Assembly (NCBI RefSeq): GCF_006345805.1
Contig: NC_042998.1
Span: forward strand, 195,982,001 to 196,046,000
DNA: 64,000 nt
Source of the DNA: Octopus sinensis
Lineage: Eukaryota
Direction: 5' to 3'
Shown: positions 1 through 13,049 of the stretch, piece after piece
Numbering within the stretch: position 1 is the first letter of the stretch
Layout of the letters: each line of letters starts with the position of its first letter
Made by a program: the position numbers and the translations under genes
The notes under the pieces: model-generated
Seen by the model: the letters and a program-made list of their open reading frames with translations, nothing else
What the model was told of the DNA's origin: nothing
The model's database searches: none

Positions 1-595
1 AGCTTCTAATGCTGGAGATGTACCACGGTGTCAGCTGTTCACTACCAGTGAACTAAAGTGATATCCCTTATTTTTCGAGCACCATCCGGAGTATTCGAGC
101 GGTTCCAAGCAGTGCTGTTTTCTTTCTACAAGTGCTCCACCCTTATTGCAGCCCCTATTTGTTCCACGTACTTCTCGAGATTTTTGCTCACTGTTCCCAG
201 GGATATGACAATTATTGGTACCACTACCACCTTTTTCATCGACCACAGCTGCTTAACTTCCCAAGCTAACCTGTCATATCTCTCGACTTTTCTTCCTTCC
301 TTATCGCATACCTTGTTGTCAGCTGGGCATGCTATATCTATGATCCAGCATAGTTTGCTTTCTTTCTCAATTAAGTCTATGTCTGGCTTCCTATTCTCAA
401 TCTCATGGTCTCACTGAATCATAAAATCCCATAGGATCTTTGCATTATCATTTTCGATGATGCCTTCGAGTTTGTGGCCGTACCAATTTTTTTTCTCTGT
501 CAAGTCCATACTTGTTGCAAAGTGTCCAATGGTCAAGCCTTGCTATATTGTCGTGGCGTCTCGTATATTCCTTCTGGGCTAGTGGCTTACATTTA
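1..595 (-). mobile_element. R4-clade (Dong/Rex6-like) non-LTR retrotransposon 3' fragment, REL endonuclease
   Basis: Minus-strand translation gives RRHDNIAR..HWTLCNKYGL..WYGH..IIENDNAKILWDFMIQ*DHEIENRKPDIDLIEKESKLCWIIDIACPADNKV..VVPIIV. This has the PD..D REL motif, with stops. Confidence 0.85.
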
Positions 596-960
596 TATCA
601 ACTCCAGTACTTGACTGGTATTTAATTTTATCAACCTCGAAAGTTGACCTCGGGGGAATTTGAACTCAGACCGTAAAGAACCGACAGAAATACCACAAAG
701 CATTTTGTCCGACGCGCTAACCATTCTACCAGATCACCACCTTAGTTATAATTCTACTATATCTATGTTTCGGGTCACAACAATGGGCTTACAAATAGCG
801 ACCCCCAAGCAATTATTGATACCGTTGTTATTAACAACATCTCATATTTTAAGACTGGAAACATTTAAGAGCAGTATCATATTTTAAAGCGGGTATGTGA
901 TACACATTACGACTATCAGAAGTAACCATAGTAACTATTCTTCATAATTATTTCATAAGC

Positions 961-1610
961 TAAGGCGATGAGCTGGCAGAATCGTTAGCACGCTGGACGA
1001 AATGCTTAGTGGTATTTCGCCCGTCGCTCCGTTCTGAGTTCAAATTCCGCCGAGGTTGACTTTGCCTTTCATCCTTTCGGGGTCGATAAATTAAGTACCA
1101 GTTATGCACTGGGGTCAGTGTAATCGACTTAATCCCTTTGTCTGTCCTTGTTTGTCCCCTCTGTGTGTAGCCCCTTGTGGGCAGTAAAGAAATAAGAATC
1201 GTTAGCACGCTGGACGAAATGCTTAGCGGTATTTCGCCCGTCGCTCCGTTCTGAGTTCAAATTCCGCCGAGGTTGACTTTACCTTTCATCCTTTCGGAGC
1301 CGATAGATTAAGTACCAGTTGCGTACTGTGGTCGATGTAATCGACTATCCCCTCCCACCAAAATTAGGCCTTGTGTCTTTAGTAGAAAGGATTATCACAT
1401 AATAAGCTCCAAAGGCGGCGAACAGACTCATTACATCGACAGACAAAATGCTTGGCGATATTTCTTCCCGTTTTACGTTCTGAGTTCAAATTGTCGCCGA
1501 GGTAGACTTTACCTTTCATCCTTTCGAGATCGATAAAATAAAAACCAGTTGAACACTAGGATCGATGTAATAGACCAGATCCTTCCCACCTAGTTTTAAC
1601 CTTTGTGCCT
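961..1610 (+). mobile_element. Three tandem copies of tRNA-derived SINE family 2
   Basis: Repeats of aaggcggcgagctggcagaatcgttagc..gagttcaaattccgccgagg..gcctttcatcctttcggggtcgataaa..aagtaccag with A/B-box-like motifs. More than 12 copies in the window. Confidence 0.85.
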
Positions 1611-1612
1611 AT

Positions 1613-2040
1613 TGTGGTGGAGGCGCGTTTACCCCGCTTGACAGCGGGTTTAAACAAGCTTGGCTAGATGGCGCAGCAGCGGTGAGATTCTGACACGAGG
1701 CGTTGCAACTTTCTCTCTTTTCTCGTCAAGACGTCAGACCGTAAAGACATAAGCTAGTTGGCTCTCTCTCGCGACACACGCGCGGCGGCTAGGAGACAGG
1801 AGTCAACGCACGGGAGATCATGGCCTCCACGCATCAAACCATTTCCATTTATCATTCAGCTTGTATATATATACGTGTGGCTGGCATTAAAAGTATTTAA
1901 AATTACAGCATTGTTTTATGTATTCTTTATACCGTGTGTCTGTCAAATGATATTACAGCCTTTTGAACAGAGTCATATTTAGATGGCTCTACAAATACGA
2001 TGCAAACAGACCATCTAAAATGGTGACTCCGACGTTCCAG
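1613..2040 (+). mobile_element. Possible LTR remnant (Gypsy-like) with PBS-like sequence
   Basis: Starts TGTGG, is CpG-rich, has ATTAAA near 1886, CTACA at 1993 and TGGTGACTCCGACG near 2020. No TSD found. Confidence 0.25.
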
Positions 2041-2109
2041 ACCACTATACCATCTAAAGTGGGAAGAATTATTGTGCAATAAGCTTCTAAAGTGGCGAGC
2101 TGATAGAAT

Positions 2110-2500
2110 CATTACCAGGTCAGGTCAGATGTGGGAGCATGCGCCGTTGCGCTGCACTGCTGCATTCACCAGTTGTCAGTATATCCCTGAGTCCTCCCAG
2201 GCGCCCTATCACGCAGAGTCCCAATCAGTCAGCATCTCCGCGAGAAACCTAATCATCTGCCGTGACCATGTGGCATGTGGTCGACCAACCCGAACCGTCG
2301 ACCCATCCGGATCTTCAGTGAAGAGAACAGGGTAAGCAGGGCTTAATTTGGAAAATTGAGCAACATGGCCAAGCAGTCTCTGAGCTGGTATTCCTGAACA
2401 GAGCGCATCCCTGTTTCTGGATACAGTATCCGACCAACGGTAATCCATAATTCTCCGAAGAGTCCTTATACCAAAGGAGTTGGTACCATTTTGTCCACAC
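2110..2500 (-). mobile_element. Decayed RTE-type LINE C-terminal fragment
   Basis: Translation RIMDYRWSDTVS..QRLLGHVAQF..RVGRPHATWSRQ..AW resembles the RTE ORF end (LGHV.R, GRP..TW). Confidence 0.55.
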
Positions 2501-2504
2501 CGGA

Positions 2505-2690
2505 GAAAACGCTTAGCGGAATTTCTTCCAGCTCTTTACGTTCCGAGTTCGAATTCCGCCGGGGTCGGCTTTGCCTTTCATCCTTCCGGGGGTCGATAAA
2601 ACAAGTACGAGTCAAGCACTGTGGTCGATGTAATTGACTAGTTCATCCCCCCACCACAAAATTTCCGGCCTTGTGTCTAGAGAAGAAAAG
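2505..2690 (+). mobile_element. SINE family 2 copy
   Basis: gagttcgaattccgccggggtcggctttgcctttcatccttccggggggtcgataaa. Confidence 0.8.
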
Positions 2691-2879
2691 TAAAAATGAT
2701 GTAATAAGCCCCCCCCCCTACACATCATCAGCTAAGTCTATCTACATTCTGGTGTAACTTTACACAGTTCATATTTTACTGTCTAAACACCCACCACCCT
2801 CCCCTGTTCCTGCCAATCACCGCCGACAGAACATTCAACCCCACACCCAAGCACCCCGGCGGCTTCTCTCCCTTTCCCT

Positions 2880-3156
2880 TTATCTCTCTCTCTCTCTCTC
2901 TTTATTTCTCTCTTTCTTTCTTTCTCTCTCTCTCTCTTTCTTTCTCTCTCTCAATTCTCTTTCTTTCTCCTCTCTTCTTTCTTTCTCTCTCTCTTTCGTT
3001 CTCTCTCTCCTTTTTTTTTCTCTCTCTCTCTCTTTCTTTCTCTCTTTCTCTCTTCTTTCTCTCTCTCCTCTCTTTCTTTCTCTCTCTCTCCTCTCTCCTC
3101 TCTCTTTCTTTCTCTCTCTCTCTTTCTCTCTCTCTCTTTTCTTTCTCTCTCTTTCT

Positions 3157-3189
<33 letters not shown>

Positions 3190-3256
3190 TTCTTTCTCTC
3201 TTTCTTTCTCTCTCTTTCTTTCTCTCTCTTTCTTTCTCTCTCTTCTTTCTCTCTCA
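2880..3256. repeat. (CT)n/(CTTT)n microsatellite tract
   Basis: Directly visible; explains ORF 2880..3302. Confidence 0.95.
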
Positions 3257-3794
3257 CCCTAAGAGGGACTAAACTACCCTTAGAGCCCTCGACAACCCAC
3301 ACTACACCCTACACACAGTGCACGCGTACCTACTTAGCTCCCGCACATCATTCGTATTATATTTCATAAAAAAAAGGGGGTCAGATTACAAAGAATTTAG
3401 TGATCTGGGATTATTTATTTATCTATTTATTAATTTATTTATTTACTGAATTGCAAGCAAGCAAGATGAGATTTTGGCTTGAGGCTAGAGTTATTTGACT
3501 AGATATCCTACAAATATGTGTGCGGTTAGTACATTTGTACACACACACACACACACACACATATGAGGGAGACAGATGGGAGGAAGCGGCACCCCCACCC
3601 CCCGCCACGCCATCGTTCAAAGTGCATGTACATATATATATATATATGCACTTTGAACGATATGATATATATATAATCTTTCTCTCCCTAGAGTTTATTA
3701 TCTGTATTTTGGGGTTCTAGAAATGAGAAACATTAAAGAACCGCTTTAAGATATTAATATCGCCCGAAGTATGTTAAATGTCAGCTAATACACT

Positions 3795-3829
<35 letters not shown>

Positions 3830-4085
3830 TATATGTATGTATGTATACTGGCTCATATAAGCACAATGTAGACACATGCGTGCGCATATATATAGACATA
3901 ATATCCACATTCATACACATATATAGGCACAATACACACACATATATAAGTGTGAGTATGTGTACGTGTGTGTGTGTGTACGTAAAGATGCAATACATAT
4001 ACACACAAGGATACACATATATAGGCCCAATACGCGCGCGCGAAAATACGATTAAATATATATGCATCCACAACACACACACACA

Positions 4086-4116
<31 letters not shown>

Positions 4117-5024
4117 AAGGTACAATACACACACAAACGCAATTTAGTAGAAAGACTGAGAACAACTTATCACTAAGTTGACTGACATAGCTTTGAGAAA
4201 CAGCTGAAGGAATTCTGTAGTGAAACATAGAAGAGGGTGAGAGACAATTTCACGGTGGAGAGAAACAAGGCTTTCTATGGACTACTGGATGGCTTTGTTT
4301 GGGATTCAATTCGCCAACTTTTTATAACACAATGGAGTTGTTCTAGAAAGTTCGACCAGGCTATTTAGCGGGAAAATTTTAGCTCACTTGGCTTTGATTA
4401 GTCGTGATATGTTCGAGTAGACGTTAATGCCTTTTATGACGGCACATTTTTTCATAAGTAGCCTTGCCTTTTAAGGCAGTATGATATGCTGTGGTTTTGA
4501 GCCGGGGAACCTGAGTGCAACAGTTCAAAACTCAGCAGGAGCCTTGCTACAATGGTTTCTAACATATTTCACAATACAAAGTCGCATTGTTAGCGGGGAG
4601 AATGCAGTCAATTAAGATCAACTCCCAGCTCCTCCCTGAGACATTATTTTAACCATGGAGGGATAAGGACAAAGATGACAACAGCGGGATTCGAAATCAG
4701 AACCTAAGGAGGAGCAACAAAATATTGCGATGCATTTTGTCCGAACGCTTAATTAATTCTGCCAATCCACCCCGACCCCACCCCGACCAGAAAAATGGTT
4801 GAGAGAGGTTTTATAACAAAGAGGCCATCGTGTGTTTGTTGCCATGGATGTAGGAATATAGTCGCAACATGGGCCAAAACGAGGGACTTCGCAACATTTA
4901 CAGTCAGCCATTTTGTGAAGAATTATATCGCAACACATTAACAGCAGTTCGCTTACGAGTGTTTTATATCAACAGTACCAGATATATTTACTACCACCAA
5001 CACCACCACATAGGGTGATTATAA

Positions 5025-5269
5025 TCAAAATAAGCAACAAGGATATCCAAGGTAGTGTAGTACAATCGTTTCATGCTACTTCATTTTATTAAACACTGCA
5101 AGTATTACATCACTTTTAAAATGTCGAGCAATCTTCAGCCGCATATAGAATAGAACTGAAGATTGCTCGACATTTTAAAAGTGATGTAATACTTGCAGTG
5201 TTTAATAAAATGAAGTAGCATGAAATGATTGTACTACACTACCTTGGATATCCTTGTTGCTTATTTTGA
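5025..5269. repeat. Near-perfect inverted repeat (114-bp arms, 17-nt loop)
   Basis: 5025-5138 is the reverse complement of 5156-5269 with one mismatch. The loop is ccgcatatagaatagaa, and each arm begins CTGAAGA at the centre. Confidence 0.95.
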
Positions 5270-5295
5270 GTATGGTATGTATGTATGTATGTATA

Positions 5296-5847
5296 TGTCA
5301 GGTCACTTTCGGGTGCTACTGGTAACATGTAACTCAGTACAACCTGTTGCATGGTCGGGCCGTCGGCGACTAAACCGGCAACCCCACCAAGCTTGCTTGG
5401 TGAGGAGGGTGTTTATTGGATACCCTGCAGGATGAAAAACAAAACCCGTCAAAGGGCAGAGGAACTCTTGAGAGTCAACGGCCATCCAATAAATGTCTTA
5501 AGGCTGTATAATGCGCGGGGACATAGAAATAATCGGACTGAATACCCGATCGCGCGGTTAAACCATTGGGAGTGAAGGACTCCTAGCCTTTGTTAGGGCA
5601 TCCTTCTAGGAGAAGGTAACTCAGGTAACTGGGATAACTCCGACATAAACCTGCGGCTCAGTGGTTACCGACGATGTTGACTTGTTTTCTTTTCGGATTA
5701 TGACTGCTGTTGCTTAGTGAGTGGGATTGACTCAGTGCACAGCCATCCTCACTTTAACAAAAAATCTCTTGCACAGGCATTGCACGATAACAACATTGAT
5801 TAAGCTTCGCGCAATGGCCATACTCGATAACGAGGGGGCAGCCACCA
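5296..5847 (-). mobile_element. Non-coding element embedded in (CATA)n, sharing sequence with the R4-like LINE at 8070
   Basis: Flanked on both sides by (ATGT)n. The reverse complement of 5449-5489 matches 8070-8110 at about 85%. Confidence 0.55.
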
Positions 5848-5853
5848 TGTATG

Positions 5854-5884
<31 letters not shown>

Positions 5885-6082
5885 GTAGGCAGTCAGGCGG
5901 ATAGGTATGAATGTAATTAAAGAACACAACCAATTCTTTTTATAACTTATAAATTAATGTATCAATCCGAATGATTATTGTGCGCATGCGCGCGTGTGTG
6001 TCTATCTGTCTATATCTACGTGTTTGTATGTGTGTATATGTCTATACACATAAAATATAAAACACAGACACACACGGACAAC

Positions 6083-6122
<40 letters not shown>

Positions 6123-6305
6123 TTATATATATATATATATATACATACACACATATATATGCATATAATGCATATATATATATATATATTATCTTTTAAT
6201 TAATTACGATAGATATGGTTATTATACGCCAATATTTAAACATTTATAGATATTTATATTTTATATATATATATACATATATAATGTAATATTATATATG
6301 TGTAT

Positions 6306-6352
<47 letters not shown>

Positions 6353-7530
6353 TATGTATTATAAGTATATATATGTATATACATATACGCAACTGCCGCT
6401 GTTCCACCCTCCACCAACCATAGCCAGGTTATTAATTATAATCAATCCGATACACAACTCAATTAGCTCCAAACTGGAAGATAGTCAAAATAATATAATA
6501 GATATAAATAACCATGAGATCAATGGCTTCCAATCCTGGGTTCTATGATTCATTTCAGTAGTCACTGGGAACCGAGATTTCAATGGTACCAGTACATTAG
6601 ATTGAAGACTAGCGATGCTGGCCGTTCGATTTGTCCTCAAAGAGGGTCGACGGGGTACTGGGCTAACGAACGCAATGAGACGGTTGGGCGCAGCCGCTTG
6701 CACGCTGACGATTTGGCATGGCTGACTGAATATGTCAAATCCTCAGCATGGCTGACTGGACATTTGGCTTGTTTTGGCGATAGTACGTTTTGGCACTGGA
6801 GGCAATCACATGCACGCGAGCATGCACTTACACGCATGTACTCAGACGCATGCGCGTCCAGAAGTATACACATTAACATGACATACTAATACGCGAAGAT
6901 ACATTATCTTCGTGTATTATTATGTCCTGTTTATGTTGTATAATTATACAACAAAATTCTCAAATTTTCCACTAGACTTCGTGTTCTAACTTGTATCCTA
7001 TCGTGTGAATTATTAATTCAATATGTCTTATATTATGTTGATGTTTTATATTTTGCTTGTGTATTTATATATATTAGCATTTTGAATATTTCTAAATACC
7101 TACGAGTTTTATCTTATATCATATCGACGTTTTATATCTATTTTTATATCTATTTGTATATCTATTTATGTATTTATATATTTATAATGCCAACGTATTT
7201 TTAAGTATTTTAAAATATTTTAAAATATTTGCGTATTTTTAAATATTAAATATTTATATGTTTATATATTTGTATATTTTGATACTGTATTATCTAGAAC
7301 TTTATATTGATTTATTGAGGTCCAATGAAAGTACACATATATATTGAATAATCTATTGGATATTGGATAATGTGTCATGTTCCTCTAGTTTTCCGCTGGT
7401 ATTGCCTCCATTGAAATTATAAAATGGAACTTAGCTCAATTAGAGCACTTTGATTCTAGCCCGTTTCTGAGCCTTGTTAAAGTTAACAATCTCTACATAA
7501 AAATGTATAATTTATATATATATATATATA

Positions 7531-7818
7531 TACCGGAGTAAACACATAAATGTGAAACGAGGTGGAAAAAAGAGTACTCAAATAGCAGTGGTAGAGTAAT
7601 ATGCTTATTTAAAGCAGCAGAAAATTCAACAAAACCTGTTACTCTGAGTTTCACGTTGCCGTTCGTCGAGCAAAAACTGTCCGACGAACGGCAACGTGAA
7701 ACTCAGAGTAACAGGTTTTGTTGAATTTCTGCTGCTTTAAATAAAGCATATTACTCTACCACTGGTATTTGAGTACTCTTTTTTCCACCTCGTTTCACAT
7801 TTATGTGTTACTCCGGTA
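7531..7818. repeat. Foldback element (about 138-bp arms, 13-nt loop) in (TA)n with hammerhead-like core
   Basis: 7531-7668 versus 7682-7818 is inverted with about 4 differences. The centre reads actgt-CCGACGA-ACG-GCAA-CGT-GAAA-C-TC-agagt. Confidence 0.9.
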
Positions 7819-7820
7819 TG

Positions 7821-7905
<85 letters not shown>

Positions 7906-7919
7906 TGTATGTATGTATG

Positions 7920-7952
<33 letters not shown>

Positions 7953-8069
7953 ATGTTTGTATGTATATATATACATTATCATACATATAAAAATATATAT
8001 ATAAGAAAATATATATGTATACATATAAGAATATATAAAAAACGATATTTACATATTTACACATATTTG

Positions 8070-8420
8070 TTGGATGGTCGTTGACTATTCACGAGTTCTT
8101 CCGCCCTTTGAGCAGCATTCCTTGTCTGATAACCTAGAATACAAGCCCAAAGAAGTCGCACGACTCTACCGCAACTTATCATCCGATGAAAGGATGAGCC
8201 TATATGAGCAGAAGACCATGCAGGGACATGCTAGTAGAAAGCTCAGAGATGATAGTACCATTGATCATAAAAGCAGTCTATCATGGACCAACAACCGGAT
8301 TACTACTTCCCACTTTGAAGGACATGCGTTTGCAATCCAGGAACAGGCAATATCATGCACAAAAGGGACAGAGATGCATGGAAAGCAATAAAATATGACA
8401 ACCGATGCTCAGAAGACATT
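8070..8420 (+). mobile_element. R4/Dong-type LINE internally deleted fragment
   Basis: FEQHSLSDNLEY.PK.V.RLY and AFAIQEQ match the copy at 35.6 kb. Confidence 0.75.
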
Positions 8421-8995
8421 GAACGGGGCGTAGATATAATAGAAGACACTTGTCCAAGGTGCCACACTCCACGTGGGTACGAAAAGAGATTATTAACCAC
8501 ACAGACATTTGTCTGCGTCTATCAAACTTTCTACAGACAAGATAAACAAGGCCAAGATGTGTGTTCAATGTAGAACTTCGATCATCAAAGAGCAAAGATA
8601 TTCTCGATCAATAATTGTATTGGAGATGTTAACCAAACGAGAGCCATTTAAATATGTTAAATTACATGGCGAGAAAGAGATAAGGCGGGTTTTAAATATA
8701 ATTAACTTGACGCTACGGCTGAATCTTACATCGTATAAACCCCGTTATTATTTACGTCAGATTTGCATGTTAAATATATATGAAAAAAAATAATAAAGGA
8801 GAAAGTTGGGAGTTCAGGAAAGTTATTATAAAAGATAACATATCGGGAAGGTTGGAGATAAGGTTTTAGTGAATAATCTACAGTGAAAACAAACTTAACG
8901 AGTAACAAGTGAACCAGTTGGAAACTTGTAGCTGACGATGCCATTAACTTATTGCTACACAGAATAAATAAAATACAGATTATACATATGTAATC

Positions 8996-9393
8996 GGCGT
9001 AGGAGTGGCTGTGTGGTAAGTAGCTTGCTAACCAGCCACATGGTTCCGGGTTCAGTCCCACTGCGTGGCATCTTGGGCAAGTGTCTTCTGCTATAGCCCC
9101 GGGGCCGACCAATGCCTTGTGAGTGGATTTGGTAGACAGAAACTGAAAGAAGCCTGTCGTATATATGTATGTATATATATGTGTGTGTGTATGTGTTTGT
9201 GTGTCTCCCTAGCATTGCTTGACAACCGATGCTGGTGTGTTTACGTCCCCGTCACTTAGCGGTTCGGCAAACAGAGAACCGATAGAATAAGTCCTGAGCT
9301 TACAAAGAATAATAAGTCCCGGGGTCGATTTGCTCGACTAAAGGCGGTGCTCCAGCATGGCCGCAGTCAAATGACTGAAACAAGTAAAAGAGA
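8996..9393 (+). mobile_element. tRNA-derived CORE-like SINE family 1 (octopus OR-like)
   Basis: A box TGGCTGTGTGG, B box GGTTCAGTCCC, CORE-like gtggcatcttgggcaagtgtctt, an internal (TA/TG)n tract and the 3' end gactgaaacaagtaaaagag. About 25 copies in the window. Confidence 0.9.
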
Positions 9394-9497
9394 ATATATA
9401 TATATATATAATATATTATATATATATATATAATTATATACATATAACAAAGTGAAGTTGTAAGGTAAGTTGTAATTTATATATATGTATAAATTTT

Positions 9498-9706
9498 TAT
9501 AATTATGAGTATAATTATAATTAGGGTTCAGCAAAAAAAATTTGCTTCACTAACTATTTCCCTACCATAAGAAAATCTCCCGGACAACAATACTCAACAA
9601 CCCACGCAGGCAAAGGGAGAAATAGCTAGTTTTAACTGCTATTTCTAAATTTCGGTATGTGGTGACGCAAATTTTTTGCTGAACCCTAATTATACTTATA
9701 ATTATA
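9498..9706. mobile_element. MITE-like element with long TIRs
   Basis: taattagggttcagcaaaaaa..atttgcttcac (9518) is inverted with gtgacgcaaattttttgctgaaccctaatta (9692), and the flanking tataattat is also inverted. Confidence 0.7.
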
Positions 9707-9836
9707 AAAAAATTTGTTTAAGTTTACCGATAATGGTTCTTTTAACATACCGAACTACTTGGTAAAATTATTAATTATTAATTAATTAATTAATTTTACC
9801 CTTTATTATTATTGATTATATATATATATATATATA

Positions 9837-10141
9837 TCTTCTTTATATATAAAATTGAAGTTGTGTGAGACTCTGTCTCCTCCGATTTAGATTCCTAACT
9901 ACTCCCACATTTTGCGGTGCAGTTTAACCAAAAGCGGGTATCTTATAGTCATGATTCATATTGAGCCCTCCTGTGTATTAGCGCGCATCTACGATGAGTC
10001 TACGATTAAAAAAAAAATTTACCATCATTTTTCCGCATTTTTAATGATTTTTGCTCGGGTTATATAAGGGAAATAACTCTCTAAAATGCTTATATAGTTA
10101 TTTCCCTTACAAACCCGAGCAACGCCGGGCGTACTGCTTAG
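9837..10141 (+). mobile_element. Non-autonomous Helitron family A
   Basis: 5' A|TC start, subterminal hairpin cccg-agcaacgc-cggg and a CT(T)AG|T end. A second copy lies at 34014-34413. Confidence 0.8.
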
Positions 10142-10630
10142 TATATATATATATATAAATCTAAGATGCAGGGATCGGTGTGGGGGAAGAAAGTTAGCTT
10201 GTTAGCTTCAAGCAACCGTAGTAAATATTAAAAAAAACAACTTTCAGGTACATTAGTGGTTTATTGAGATGGAAGGTTGTGGATGTTTTTCGTATCGAAT
10301 TACGATAAAGTGAAAAAAGTTCTTTTTACATTTCACGTTAGGCGACCAGGGTTGCCGGATGTGCGAATAACAATACAAGAGTTACGGAATGAAGTAGATA
10401 AGATCCGGGCTACATATGTTTCATACCGAGTGGAACCTCAGAAGTGATGAATATCCAGGCGAGGTGTATACCGCAGGCTACTCTACAGGCCGTAGATATC
10501 TTGAAAAAATTAAAGTTTACATTGCCGCAAGGTTTCGCCCGCTATGAAACAAATGTAACCTGGATCTTATCTACTCCATTCTGTATCTCTTTTGTGTACA
10601 TCTAGTCTAGTATATATAAATATATATATA

Positions 10631-10860
10631 AAGGCGGCGAGCTGGCAGAAACGTTAGCACGCCGGGCGAAATGCTTAGCGGATTCGTCTGCCGTTACTAC
10701 GTTGTGAGTTCAAATTCCGCCGAGGTCGACTTGCCTTTCATCCTTCATGTTTGTCGATAATTAAGTACCAGTTACGCACTGGGATCGATGTAATCGACTT
10801 AATACCTAGTCTGTCCATGTTGTCCCTTCTATGTTTAGCCCCTTGTGGGTAGTAAAGAAA
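10631..10860 (+). mobile_element. SINE family 2, CpG-intact copy
   Basis: aaggcggcgagctggcagaaacgttagcacgccgggcgaaatgcttagcgg. Confidence 0.9.
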
Positions 10861-12078
10861 TATATATAAATCGCAGTATGTATGTGTTATATTGATTACG
10901 CATACATTTTCCACAATTTTCAACCGATTTTCACCAAACTTTACACACACATTACTTATGTCCCAATAATGCTCTATAACATTTTGCCCAGAGTTCCTGC
11001 ATAAATGGACAAACCGGGAAAAATGGTGGTTTACACGGGTTTTTCTCTAATTAGTTGTATATACATATTTTTAGTATGTAGAGTCTTCCATACTTTTTTA
11101 ATCTATATGGTTGTATATTTTTTTTATTGTTTCACATTTTTTGATGTATTATTTATTTATATGCTGTAATTGTGTATTATTACTTGGTTGGAGAATATTA
11201 TAAAAGTCTACTTATATATTTCGACTGTCCAACTGCGACGGTGATTAAATTGACCAGGAACGCCGTACGCGATGAACATCCAATACCAAACACTCTTAAT
11301 CTCCATATTTAAACTGCATTAAACTTTAGCAAGCTTACCTTTACCTATTCTGAGTTACTCGAAAGGTGACGTTCCCTTCCCTCTCTTCTATTTGTTGATA
11401 CCTTTGTTTACCTGCCAATGCGTTGCTTCGCTTTAAGGATGCTTATTTACCCATCCATTATGATATTTCGGACACGACATCTTTTCACTGCGAACTGTTA
11501 AAGATTCAAAGCAGTATTCGTGAAGTGAAGTCAAACTCTTCATATCTTCATTTTCCGTTACCTGAAGTCAATTTCAGAGTGGTCGTACACTGTAAGCACG
11601 TAGCAAATACATTCCTTTAACTACTTTATCAAGTAGGTATTATATTGCCATTTTTGAACGCACCAATCATACTTCTCTCCAAAAGAAATAGCTCCCTTTG
11701 CTGTCGAATAAAATTAATTTGCAGAGGGGAAGTTTCAACGTCTTCCTTCAATTTCCTTACACCATTTATATGGCTGTTTCTGACAAGAAATTTCGCTTTC
11801 ATATAAAACAACTATAATTTATAGTCATTATCCGTAATCTAGTCCCAAAACACTTCAGTAGCTCTACTTTGCATCGCTTGCAAACATATATGTTCTATGA
11901 TCATTAACATGCAACGACCGCCAAAATAACCAGCCTTCAATTTGATTTTTTGTTCCTAAGTTAATCGGAAACATAGATCGCCGTGCTATTCATAAACCTT
12001 CTAGGTAGTTCAATTATTTGGTGAAAAAAATACCACCAAAGCAACTCAAACCGTCCAATGGACGGGTGCGTTTGCTAG
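10861..12078 (+). mobile_element. Longer non-autonomous Helitron-like element
   Basis: 3' hairpin CCGTC-CAATG-GACGG (12051-12065) followed by CTAG|T at 12075-12079. The 5' boundary is approximate and no Rep/helicase ORF was recognised. Confidence 0.55.
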
Positions 12079-12428
12079 TGTGTGTGTGTGTGTGTGTGTG
12101 TGTACGCGTGTGTATGTGTGTCTACACACATACATATATGTACATAAATGCGAATGTATGTGGTTATGTATGTGTGTTTAGCACCGGAAATCTCTGAAAT
12201 GGTGCATTCTCGAGAAAAACGGATTTGATTTTCGAAATCTGCGTCTCAAAGAAAAGGTCGTCCCTTCGTAATACAATACGCGAAATAGATGGAATAAATG
12301 AATCCTAAACTCGTATTCAGCGTGAAAAAGTACACCAATATACCAAATTTGAAAATTTTTACTTAATCTTGAAATTTCAAAATCTGGCTGTCCCTTTCAT
12401 TTTTCGCTTTTTTCGAAGTAAACTTTCT

Positions 12429-12472
<44 letters not shown>

Positions 12473-12565
12473 ATATATATATAATATATATATATACACA
12501 TACACACAGACATTTTCACCACACACACTCTCTCTCACCTTCTCCCTCTCCCTTTCTCTCTCCCC

Positions 12566-12600
<35 letters not shown>

Positions 12601-13049
12601 CACACACAGACATTTTCACCACACACACACACTCTCTCTCTCTCACACACACACACACATTCTCTATAAAAATATATCGTTTATCTTGTGTGTGTGTGTC
12701 TTATCCTTTATTTATTTTATTTATTCGACTGCGGTCATACCGGAGCACCGCCTTTAGGGGTTTAGTGAACAAGTTGACTCCAGCACCAATTTTTTAAAGT
12801 CTGAGTCTTCTGCTGTCTGTCTCTTTTGCCGAAACGCTAGTTACGGGAACGTAAACGAACCAATACCGGTTGTCAAGAACTGTGGGAATGACAATCACAC
12901 ACACACACATACACTCATAAGGTCTGCTCTGAGTCCCTGACCTTGAAGAAAGAGGATAAGTCACTGAGATGGTCTCGAAAAGCAACAGAAGGACTTTAAC
13001 AAACAACCGATTGATTGATTAACTTGCACATTAAACAGACGATCGATTT

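Noticed and set aside
10378-10590. About 50-bp imperfect inverted repeat as structured RNA
   Set aside because: The mismatch pattern fits an old MITE with CpG decay.
12935-12995. HHR-like TTGAAGA..GAG/CTC-GAAA
   Set aside because: It lacks C3, has no NUH site after GAAA and has no clear stem I.
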